Below, piece by piece: positions 25,501-38,700 of a DNA stretch of 64,000 bases (the first letter of the stretch is position 1; each line of letters opens with the position of its first letter). Location: contig NC_042999.1 in NCBI RefSeq assembly GCF_006345805.1, positions 164,176,001 to 164,240,000 of the forward strand, written 5' to 3'. The notes below the pieces were generated by a model. That model saw nothing but the letters and a program-made list of their open reading frames with translations, did not search any database and was not told the DNA's origin. The stretch is from Octopus sinensis. Taxonomy: Eukaryota. A program made the translations under genes and the position numbers.

Positions 25501-28500
25501 GTAGCAAGCTGTCAAAATTGTTAGCTTTCTGGGAAAAATGCTGTTTTTAAACACTGAGTTCAAATTCTGCCAAGGTCAACTTTACATTTCCTCCTTTCAG
25601 CATTGATAAAATAAGTACCAGTTGAGCACTGGGGGTCAATGTAATTGACTTTCCCCCTTCCCTGAAACTGCTGGCCTTGTGCCAAAATTTGAAATCATTA
25701 TTAGCTATGAAAGTCTTTCATCATACATCTATGATGTGGCCACTGGTACTTTACATCACTCAATCATAACAAACACAAGAAAATGCTGCTGTATTCCTCA
25801 GTAAATACATGCAATTAAGAATAGTGTGCAGATTAGTGAATATTGTAAGCAGTTATCCTCTGTTCTGTTCATGGGGTCAGTAAAAGAGAAAAGCAGAGTA
25901 GGTCTTCAGTAGCCACCACAGATGGCAACTGTGGAAACCATTGTGTGTGTATATGCAGCTACAGACACGAGTATGTATGTGTAGATACAGACATGTGTGT
26001 GTGTATGTGTAGATACAGACATGCATAGTTAAGAAGTTCACTTCCCAACCTCATGGTTTCAGGTTCAGTTCCACAGCTGGCACCTTGGGCAAGTGCTTTC
26101 TACTACAGCCCCAGGCCAACTAAAGCCTTGTAACAGGATTTCGTCAACAGAAATTGATGTATATTAGTGAAAACCAAAAACATAGTGTTTACAAATAAAA
26201 ATAATTTGCGTGGTATTTGTTCCACTCGAGTTGTTCAGATAATCTTTTGTTACTCTCAGTTTTAGAAATGCAGTGAAGTAGTGATGAGCTCATTAGAAAC
26301 TTGTAACCAACAATACTACTAATTCACCAAATGCAATATGAAAATAAAAGTCAAGGAAATTGTCTTACCTTCATGTAACCCATCCCACCAAGGATCTGTA
26401 CAGCCTCATCAGCACAATACCAGGCAGATTCCTAATTAAACAAGAAAAGAGTGATTCTGACATGTAAAATTTCTACGGATAAAACCCACAATCATCAATA
26501 TTATCTATAATCAGAAAATAAATAATTATATTTGTATTTTAATAATTCTTTCTAATTTTGGTAGAATGTCAGTAATTCTGAGGGTGATGAGAGAGCAAGT
26601 CAGTGACACTGACTGAGCCAAAAGGATGAAATACAAAGCTACCCACACTGGTATACAAAGAAAATAAACTAATGAGAAAGACTTTATACCGTTTCTTATC
26701 TTTTACTTGTTTCAGTCATTAGACTGCAGCCATGCTGGGGCACCATCTTGAAGCATTTTAGTCAAGTGAATCAACCCCAGTACTTATTTTTTCTTTTTAA
26801 AGCCTGGTACTTATTCTATCGGTCTCTCTTGCTGAACTGCTAAGGGATGTAAACACACCAACACCAGTTGACTAGCAGTGATGGGGGACAAACAGACACT
26901 TAGGGGATTCTTTCAGTTTCTTTCTACCAAATCCACTCACAAGGCTTTAGTCAGCCCAGCACTATAGTGAAAGACACTTGCCCAAGGTGCCATGCAGTGG
27001 GACTGAACCCAGAACCATGTAGTTGGGAAGCAAGCTTCTTACCACACAGCCATGCCTGCACCTAATTTCCTTGTATTATTAAGGATTATCTAGATTATCC
27101 TAATAAAAAGTGCTTCTCTGAATATAAGAAATCATAAATTTCTTATGGCTGATCTCTTTCATACTTATATACTTTCCAAACCGCACCGTCTTCTCTCACC
27201 AATAACAATAAATTCATAAGACTAAGGGGCAGGTGTTGCTTCCCAACTGCATGATTTTCAAATTCAGTCACACAGTAGAGCACTTCTGCTATAGCCCCAG
27301 GCCAACCAAAGCTTTGTGAGCAGATTTGATAGACAGAAACTGAAAAAGTTCATGTATGGATTTATGCATACATGTATGTATGTTGTATGACTTCTACCAT
27401 ATATGTGTATGTGAATGTGTGTTTGTGTCTCTTTGTCTTGACATAGCATGACAGTCATATACGAATACCATTTTCATGCAGTGTTATTCATTTCCAATAT
27501 CCTGCAAAGTAACAGCAGAATTAACACAGAGATCAAATCCACCAACTATATAATGCCCTGCAGAAAAAGTTGCCCTTAATTTTCAGTATCAGTACTTTGG
27601 ATGTCAGAACTGTGGAGGAAATATTTTAAGTACCAGTCAATAGATTTTAAATTTAAAAAAAAACTGAATTGTGATCAGAAGTTTGAAGATGGCCAACACC
27701 TACTGTTTGGTCCAACAGTCTTTCCATCTACCAGGAGTAATTATCTTTACTTTTTCATATTTTATCATTAAGTTCCAAGAAGCAAAACAGTACCCATAAC
27801 TTTCACTTATTTTCCATAATTGGTGAGTTTGATGTAGTTGATATTCAGCTATAACTTCAGTGGGGGTGAGGAAAGCATGAAGAAGAGAGAAATTCCAAAA
27901 CGTTGCAGTTCTGAGAAAGGACTATGAATAAAAGTGCTTAGTGTTGGGTTTGGTGGAGTGAGATATAGTAGGAATAAAAGATGAAAAAAGGTATAGCAAG
28001 TGAGCTGGGGTATTAGCAGTAAAATCCTGATAGTTCTTAGAGGCAGGGACCATTGAAGTGGTGATAGAAAAGAAAGTGGAAACAGAAGTTCACCAATTAA
28101 TCAACTGATGTTTTTTTTTAGAGGATCTAGAATTCTTGCTTGTATAGCAGCTACAAACATTTTAAACTACAAAAAAACAAATCAATCAATCAACACTCAC
28201 TTTCTTGTAAATAAATAAAAAAAATGAAAAAGGTACTAAAGTACTAACCGAAGCATAAATCTTACTGATAGCAGCTTCAATCTGGAACTCTGTAGAACCC
28301 TGGTCCATGTTAGCAGACACCATATAAGCCATTGACTGGTAAATGGAAAAACCGGATTTTAGATGATTATACTTGAGACACATACTAATAAACACATGAT
28401 ACTAAAGATTCATTAGTCTAAAATCCTAAACAGCTGGATGAAGTCAGTGCATTAATAATACCAGTTGCACTGTAATTGGTCATTTCGTATTGGAAGCAAC

Positions 28501-31500
28501 AAAACTGTAAACTTACCTCTGTAACATACTGATACATACTCATTCGAGCTAGCTTCTCCTGAATGGTTCCAAAACTGTCAATACGACGACCAAATTGTGT
28601 TCTTTGACTTGCATGTGCAGCCTAAAATGCAATTAGAATGTCATTAGCATTAATAATATTATTCAATTACTATGAAACAAATGTTGAATTAATATAGTCA
28701 TGTCAAGACATAATGTGGTAAGAGATTAGAGCACAGGAGAGACAACTTTGTGGTATTTGGTTATGTCCCTTTATGCTCTAGATGCAATAGAAAACTAGTA
28801 GTAGCCAGCATAGTTAACTATAACCGTTGGTAACAGTGTCCCAGCACAGCCACAGTTCAATAGCTGAAACCAGGAAAAGAATAAAAGTATCCTACTTACA
28901 GCTGCTTGTATACATGTTTTCATTGTGCCAGAGAGGCAGGCTGCCATTCCAAAACGACCATTGTTTAATATATTCATGGCTACTTTAAAACCTTCACCAG
29001 CTTCTATAAATGAATAAATAAATAATATTTCAGTTTCATAATTGAATAATTTTACTGAAGATTAGGGAGACATTGAAAGAAGTTGTGAAGACAGACATCA
29101 AGACACTAAAGAAGGTGATGTTGATAACAGTGGTAGTGATGGCTTCCTCACAGCCAATTCCATCAAGAAATTGGGTAAACAATCCCTTCAGTCATGAAGG
29201 ACCATGGGATCATATCTAGAAAGTTACCCTCCAAGGCACAAGTCCAGGCAAGGTTGTTTATGGAAGACCAGCAGTAGCCCATGTATACCAGCTTCCCCTC
29301 TCTACGCCACCAGTGTTATCCAAGGGAAAGGCAAAGGGGCCGATGCAGCTTGGCACCAGTGACGTCGTAACCCATTTCTACAGCTGAGTGAAGTGGAGCA
29401 ATGTGAAATAAAGTGTCTTGCTCAAGAACACAACTCACAGCCTAGTCTGAGAATTGAACTCACTACCTCATGATTGTGAGCCCAATGCTCTAACCACTGA
29501 GCTATGGGCCTTCACAAGAAATTAACACCAACACTTAACTGATGCATTACTTCTTAACCCTGAAAGGATGAAAGCAAAGTTGGCTTCAGAAGGATCTGAA
29601 CTCAGAATGCAGAGGCCTGGAACAAATACCACAAGGCATTCTATCTGAATCTGTAACAACTCTGTCAATTTGCCACCCAATGACAATAATATGAGAAAAG
29701 TAATAATGATAACAGTGAGGGTGGCAGTGATGGTAAAGATACCCATAACAACTTTACAACTTGATTTTCATTATTTCAATCTTGTTTTGGTTTAGATATG
29801 ATAAGATAGGGAAAACAGAGCGAAATATGATGTAGTGACTAACTGTGTGAGAGAATTTTTTAGTTGCTGCTGTTCAGCTCCAACCAAACTCCTTTGGTCA
29901 GCTCAACTGAACCAGATTTATGGCACAGATGTAGCTGGTTAACATTTGCATCTGATCCACAGAACCCTCATTCTGGATATTCTGGCATTTGTCTGGTTAA
30001 AGACATTATGCATCCTGACATTCAGTGGGGGTTCTTGGCATTTAGCCCCTAGAATCCTGATTAAAGCCATTATAACCATGATCATCCTATTATTTCAGAC
30101 AATTTGTCTCAGACTAAATTCTTCAATTTGTTCTTCCACCACTTTTTAAAAAATAGTAGGTTGTGATTTGAGAGAGATATGGCTGCTATTTCTAGCAAAA
30201 GGTTTTGCAATTACATAAAAGCTCTAAGCACCACACCTTGATGCAGTTTGTTAGTCTGGATAAATGGCACTACTTTTTCTGTCCAGTCAATAGGTTCTGC
30301 TGGAGGGCACAATGGAGGTGAACCAGATGGATTGGTTGAGGCATGGTAGTTACTTTTTTCTACTGTGTTGTTCTTCTTGTTACGGCTTTTATCAGTCCAG
30401 AACAAGCAGACTTATAATCAAAGGCATTCCAGTTGTGGCCACTGCACAATCTTTTTCAGGCACTACATGTGTCCTTTCTTCCTTTAAGACAGATAAATGC
30501 AATATGAGATTTTACCACTGGTTTTCAGCAGATGAGACAACCACATAGAGACTTCCTCTATCGAGGCTGTGACACCATTGGATCCACTAACTTCATCAGC
30601 TTATTTACATATATTGTTTCATGAAAGCAAGCATTGAATAGATTTTTGATAGAGTAGACCTCCACATGTTTCCCTAACACAATATTAATATCATCCAATA
30701 TTGATTCCATCAATACGTTACTATTTCCAGCCTCACTCTATTGTTTTAGATTTTCTTTTTGAGCTTTTATCACTAGATAACCTTTCTACCACCAGCTGAT
30801 ACGACTGTGCAGTTCAGCTGTACTTAGAGTAACATCAGTATTAGAGAAGTTCCCTAACCAAACCTAGGGGTTGTCTATCTTCTGTCATCTTGCCTGTGTC
30901 ATGAAGGAAAGAAAGTAAAAACTGGGTAATGAATTGTGGCATGTTATTAACAGATACTAACAAGCATAGTTGATACCTCTCACATAGAATATCTTTTTCA
31001 AGGCTTGTCAGTGCAAAGTATCTCAAACTGATTTTACTCTACAAGATGTCAATTGTAATTTAATGAACGTTGGAGGAGAAGGAGGGCAATGGGCAGTGTT
31101 TGTTGCCCCCGAACACAGCAACAGTGAAAAGAAAGATCCAGATTTGAGTATTATGACAATGGTAAAAGAAAAACATCAGAATGTAAGACTGACCATACCT
31201 TGTTGTTATGGCTAAGTTAAGAAGAAGAGAGTCCCCCTATAACCTTCATAGGCCCTCTGACAATGGTCAAACTAATATGGTTAAATGTTCATCTTGAAAA
31301 TTTGAAAGTTGATGTGGAGGATGGGATTCTAGAAGAATGACACTCTACAAAAAAGGGACTGGAAAAGTAGTTAGTGCTGGTCCTTGAGAACATGACACAG
31401 TTTGAGGATGGACTGATGCATTACTGGAGCTTTGGGAAGGTTGTATACAACTACAGTTCATAGGAACAGAGACTATTATAGGATCAATAGAACAGACACA

Positions 31501-32657
31501 AGAGAAGACTATGTTTATGGACCAGTCACTGTAGTGTATTACTAAGTGAATTTGCTGTTTAGCCAAGGACATCCCTTTGAATGCAATGCAGACAGTTTGT
31601 GTGTGTTGCAACTTCCCCCATCACAGACAAGTGAGTAGTATTCTAATCTGTGTCACTCTTGTGACTTGTAAAAGGTCGGCAAAATGACTGAGGTTGATGT
31701 ACCTTCTTGTCCTGAAGAGAAAGGTCCAGCCATTGTGATGCAAGTCACTACGAAAGACCATCAGAAATTAGGAGGTTAAACCATTTCTAGTGATCTTAAA
31801 GGTTCTAATTGTAGGTCGTTTATGAGATAAGTGTATGGAGAATTGACGGACAGAAAGACAAAACAAAAATAAAATAAAAAGTTATGAATTAATTCACATG
31901 TTATGATGGAGTAATGAAATGGAAATGGATGAATAAAAATAAGAATAATTCTATTTACCTCCTAAAAGATTCTCTTTAGGAACCTTCACATTGTCAAAAT
32001 AGACTTCAGCTGTATTGGAAGCTTTGATCCCCATTTTCTTTTCAGGTGAACCACTACAATAAAGAAGTAGTAGTGGAGAAAGTCAAGGGAAATTGAAAGG
32101 CAATAAATCAAAGATTTCAGGTTAAGAATAAAGAAAGATAAACAGAGACTAAGTGAAGAAGGAGAGGTGCTATTGGTCAAAGGGATCACGGGCCTGAGCC
32201 ACTGGCAGTGGACATTCTTAGTTGAAATGCGACCAAGACTAAAGTTTTATAATATTTAGCTAGGGACCTTATTTGTATTATTTAGTATTACAAAACCAAA
32301 TCTAAATGCAGTAAACCTTGTTTGGTTGATGTTACTTTCAGTATTAATTAGTACAAAGCTGGTCATATGAAATCTTAGCATATCTTTTAGTATTCCAGGT
32401 TAACACATCATAATGCATGCGTCTATCGTCATCAGTTTACATTTATTATTCCATGCTTCCTTCCATGGCTTGGATGAGCCTTCTTCAGCACAGCATCTTG
32501 CTGCTGTTCCTTGTCATCTACTTGCAAGGATCAGACTCTAAAAAGGAACCATCACTACTTCTTCCCATGTATTCTTCAGTTCTTTCTACTTAAGCAATCC
32601 AAATGAAAAGGACTGGCTGAAATTTTTCTAGCACTAAAATATTAAACACAAATCTGT

Positions 32658-32703
<46 letters not shown>

Positions 32704-35700
32704 ACACACACACACACTCTCTCTGAATGATCTGCTAGATATCAACAAAATATATCTACTGGATTGCTATTTAGCTGCTGTACCCTTTCCCTTTACTACT
32801 GCTACTGCTACGGCTACTACTACTGCTACTACTACTACTACTACTACTACTACATATATTGGCCAATTATTGTTACTGTATTTCAGATTGTTCATTTCAT
32901 TGTTGTTGTATACCAACGTTTATCTGTTTTACAGAACAATTGACCGTAACGTCATAATGTCATTTTTTCTCTCACACAGTCACAAGACATGCAAAGCCAA
33001 CAATAATGCATACATGTACAGAAATAACATATTTAGGTGCATCTATATACAAATATATATACATACACACACACACATATACATATACACACATATGTAC
33101 ATATATGCATATAAACTTACATAGACACACACACAGACATACATACATGCAGACACACACACACACACACACATACATCTCAGACTAATTGATAAACAAT
33201 GTTCCAAGTTAATTAACGAACAACATCAGCATATCTAGCAAAATAATGCAAACAGTAAGAACAACCACAAGTATGGAGTAAAGAATAACTCACGATGTCA
33301 CTCCACCAAAACTTCGTTCAACAATGAATGCCGAAACTTTGTCCTTTTCTGTGCCACTCTTCTTATCTTGAACTCGAGTCTGGTAAATAAATATACATTC
33401 TTTTAATCTTTTATTCTTTTACTTGCTTCAGGCATTTGTCTGCAGCCATGCTGGAGCACCACCTCTAGTCGAACAAATTGACCCCAGGACTTATTCCTTG
33501 TAAGCCTAGTCTTTTTTGCCAAACCGTTAAGTTATGGGGACATAAACACACCAACATCGGTTGTCAAGTGATGGTGGGGGGCGGGGACAAACACATACAT
33601 ATATAATGGACTTCTTTCAGTTTCCATCTACCAAATCCACTCACAAGGCTTGGCTTGGCTTGGGTTGGCCTAAGGCTATAAGAAGATGCTTGCCCAAGGT
33701 GTCATGCAGTGAGACTGAACCCGGAACCATGTGGTTGGGAAGCAAGCTTCTTACCACACAGCCACTCTTGCACCTATATACAGATATATAGATATATATA
33801 TAAAATATAGATAGTTACGGTAAATCCCAGCTCTTAAGCACATTTGCTTATTCCTAAAAACATTTTTTCTTGATCTGACAAATTTCTAATGAGAAATTCC
33901 TTACATGTCTATCCAACATGTAAATCTTTGTAACTCCTATTAGCAAATGGCACATGTGTAATGGAGAATAAGTAAAAAAAATTTCCATTTCCCTGTTTTG
34001 TCATATAAGCAGATAATGTCATGGATAAATATATCCTTAAACTTTCAGATATGTTTCATGTGCTCATAAAGAGTAGGATATCTAACATATAACACTTCAA
34101 TATTCATAACATTAGTGGTGTTAAATATGTCAAGGTAGACACACACACACACACAATGTGGAGTACCTGGTTTTAGACTAAACAATTTCACATTTCCTAA
34201 CACTAATAATGTTAGACGCATCAAAGTATTCATAAAGAGTATTGTGGTGTCTTGTCTATGGTTGAATTCTCCAATATTTACAATATTGATGTTGTGAGAC
34301 AGGTTGATGTATTTTTATAGAATGCTAGGTCTAGCTGAAAGTTTAATCGTTTAGCAATAATCATTAATACTAACAATATTAGATATGTTGATTAATTTAT
34401 AAAAGTTGATAAAAATAATGTAAAAAAGTAAAATGAAAAATAATGAAATACGGAATCTAACTGAATTGTGACTTCCCATGCAATTTAGAACTAAACAGAA
34501 TATCTCACCAAGGTCAGTTTTGATGAAGAACAACCAAATTTAACTAGTTTGAAATGAAACCCAAGGGTCAGATACTCATATAAAATGACTACTGTCTCTT
34601 TTAATAGCTACAATAAGGCAATGTAAAGCCACTAATAAAATCTCATGTAGCATTTAGTTACTGCCTTTTATATTCTAAGTTTCTATGTTCAAATTCCATT
34701 GAGGTAAATGTTCAGGGGTTGCATAATAAAGTATAACAGCAGTGAAGAGTTGGGAGTCAAAAGAACTATACCGCCCTCCCTTAAAATGACTGGCTTCTGC
34801 CTATGTCAGAAATCAGTATTATTAACACTTACTCAAGCAAGAAAGAAGTTAACTATTTAAGTATCTACATTTTCTAATAAAATTCTTTCCCTGTTAGAGC
34901 TTTCCCTGTTGATTTCAAGAGGGTGTGAAAATGTTATGCTTATTTTCCTGAAAAATTAGAGATGTGAGCAGAACACTGCCAGATAGATTTGATACCTTCT
35001 AGGATTAGTAGCAGTTCCGCAGGTCATGGACACTCTATTACAAAGCAAGAGTATAAGATATATAACAACTATAAATGCAAGTGTATGTGGCTATGTATGT
35101 GTGTTTAGCCCCAAAAGGCTCTGAAATGGTGTATCCTTAAGAAAAATGAATTTCATAGTCCAACCCATGCCAGCATGGACAACAGGCATTAAATGATGAG
35201 GATGAATGACTTGAAATCTGTCTCCCAAACAGAATGCCATCCATAATTAGTAATAAAAAAATATAATTTGCTTTGTAAAATAACTCAACTTTTAGATCTA
35301 CAAATCTCCTATTCCCTGTCACCATCAATCTATCTCACTATTATTTACTACACACACACACTCTCTCTCTCTCTCTCTCTCACTCGCTATATATGTTACT
35401 TTTCTTTTTCTCTTCTTTAAGTTTCAGTCCAAGGACTGTGGCCATGCTGGGGTACCGCCATTTATATATACTATCTCTCATGCATAGCTTTCATTTTGCT
35501 TAAAGCTTTGTCTTAACCTCGCTACAGTCAGGTACAATAGTAAAAGATCTACTTGAGTGAAAGACTTAACCCATCACTCAGTTTAGTACTGCTACATGGC
35601 CCCTGGGTATATTTACTGAAGTCCACTCTGCTGTAAGCTTCTGTGCTTGGGTTCAATCTAAAAATATCTTCCTTCTTTGCTCTCTCCACCAGTTTCAAGG

Positions 35701-38700
35701 GCTCTGAGAAAGGTCAAAGGTATTATCCTTCCTCCAGACAAAGTTAAAAAAATAAAACAGATAAGGCCCACGCTGTCATAAAGAGAATAATTACAGAAGG
35801 TTATTTGACAGAATGGTAAAGATTTATTACCAACATCTTCAACCAGTAAACATGCTGTTTCTTTTCTTTCATAACCCTCCCACCCTAATCTACCCCACTC
35901 GGCTTTCTGTCCTTCTGTCATCATTTTTACTATGACTCACCTCCTAAACACAACACTGCACAATTACGCTTCATCTAATATTTTCTTCCCAGAAAAGCAA
36001 ATCACTAGAAATATCCTCCCTCTACACCCTTTCCCTGTAAACATTGACTTACAAATACTCAAGCTGAACATCAACTATAACTTCAGCAGCCTGAGAGAGC
36101 TTGCAAAGATACTACTGAATAGATGGCGGCACCTTTAACTACTTTTAACTAACTTATAAAATATTTTTAAAAGTTTTCCTATAAATCATTGCAAATGTAC
36201 AAGAATTCAGAAAAGAACACAAACCTGTGCAAAGACAGTAAAGATTTCAGCCAAGCCACCATTACTGATCCATAATTTACTTCCATTTAATATATAATGG
36301 GAACCATCTGCAGAGAGAGTGGCAGTTGTTCGAATGGACTAAAAATATAATCAATTCTTTGATTACAAATGTAACTTCCCAATGAAAATTATCTAGAACT
36401 TTTAAAAGCAATGATATTTAATAACTTAAATGAAACAAAATAGTGAAAAACAACAAACATACATATATATATATATGCACGTATACACACACATATACAT
36501 CAACTGAAAATGAATAAGGATATGTAACCAAAATGAGCTAAGTGACCAGTGGCATAAATTTGAAACAATAAAGACAAATGAAGGGAAATTAAATCCAAGA
36601 TAAATCAGTGATTTATTGAAATTATCTTCACTTAGAGAAAAAGTAAGTAAATGTGGAATGGTACTCGCTGCAGGATTGTCTCATGAGACATTTTTGCCGT
36701 AGAGACTTTACATTAAAAACACAAGTTAGCGCTAAAGGACCAATGTAATGTCTTTGAAGGAAGAGTTAGAATTAAGCTGAAACACTGGTGTCCAAAAGTC
36801 AGCAGATGTCATTTGCAGCATGTTGTATATTTAATATACAAAGTTTTGAGGGAGAAATTGTTTTTCAAGTCAAAATCCAGCAGCAAGTGTCATTCAACAT
36901 TTGAGTATACAGGAACATGTTGTTACAAATAAATGCATGCATTTTAAATTTCATTAACTAGTTTGTCCTTTTGCTCATTTCTACCATGTTCAAAAAATAT
37001 TAGCCATTACATTCAACAGGTTGGTTGCTCCTCTGCTACAGATTGCTGCTACATGTCAGAGAAACAACAAAACTATTAGACTTGGTGAAAGCAATTTAAG
37101 TTATATCAGTTTCTTGACAACAAATATACATAGATAAATTTGGATTTATCAGTTATTTGTATATTACAAGGAAATCTAAGACTCAATGTATCTTCAACTT
37201 TCAAAATAAACAAGGTCTTTCAAATATGTTACTTCTACCTAAAACATGCAACTCTCAAGATGGCGTTTTAAGCTGTACGGATGAAGTTCAGCCTTTGATG
37301 GAATCAATAACAAGAACCAATGAAGTTGCACTTTTCAGCTTTTTACCAAAACAATGTCATCATATTAGAGACTTTAAGAATGGTTGGTAATTTAAGATGT
37401 TAGAATTTTTGACATTCTACTTACACTGGCATCGGATCCACTCGAAGATTCAGTTAAACAAAAGGCAGCAATTTTCTCTCCAGTGGCTAACGTCGGCAGG
37501 TATTTGGTTTTTTGTTCGTGATTCCCAAATAATAAGATGCCTTTGAAACCAATCGACTAATGCAAATATATATAAAAAGAAACGTACATATGCATATATA
37601 TATATACACACACAAGTATATGGAAGGAATAGGCTCAAAGAGAATTTAATAATCATCTCATTTGTCATAAAATCAAATAATATTACAAATTCAGCTCTCT
37701 CTACACATTTTTATGAATTTTACACAAAACTTATGAATTTGAAACAAATACACAGTTTACTTGAAATAGTTTCAATCTCAGTCTCTCTTACACACACACT
37801 TTGTTTGCAAATAATATTTTTAAAATTTTGTACATAAGTTACAATAGTGGAGTAGGTAACATTAGCTACAAATTCTGTCACTGACACACTTCTACTATAT
37901 TCACCTAGGATCAGAGATGGAGAGAGTGACTTACTGAATTAACTGGAAGTCAATTCATCAAACTCTCATAAGCAAAGTAAATTACTCAGTTGTTCCCTCC
38001 AAAAATACATTTTTCCTCCAATTTTTATAGTCATCTACTACAATTACAAAAAAAAGGTGACAAATTTGCCCAAGTTTTATGACCCTTTAGCATTTAAACA
38101 AGCAATATCCGGCCAAAATATTCTACCCATTTTATGTTCAGACAGGCTAGATCTGATTACTTAGACCAACCCTACAATATCATTCTCAAAAAGAAACAGT
38201 TACTTCATCAAAATCTCAAACCTACAAGACAAAGCAAGATTAATTCAAAACATGGGAATAAACAAGCTTTACTTTTGACAGAATAATGTGAATTCAGAGA
38301 TATTTCTCCTGGATATGACACCGGTCTATTACAGGGTTTGATCAACACAGCAAGCTGATAAAAACCAACAAAAGTGAGATGTGCCACTCAATGTCAATGA
38401 TACCTATTTACAACTGTTTGAGTGACAGTGCCAATAACAGCCTAAAAGCAATCAATCTTTCTGTTACAAGGCCAGTACAACCTTTAAATATCCAGCCATA
38501 ACTCTTGTGAATGTTAATTCTGTACAATTCATCAGATGAGATGAAATCTATTGTGTTTGTAAACATATTTAGTCTTGCAGTGAAGATTGTTTAAGAGTTA
38601 GAGTGAAGATTGTTTGCCATGTTAGTGAGAAAATATAATCAGTGAACTGTGCTATCAGAATTTTAATTATCCTTACAATTTTCTAAAACTCATTATAGCA

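Noticed and set aside
36225-36227. Exon-final CAG (Gln, Lys in human) as an A-to-I recoding site
   Set aside because: No complementary intronic sequence was found, and I recall Gln here in other invertebrate orthologues, so there is no support.
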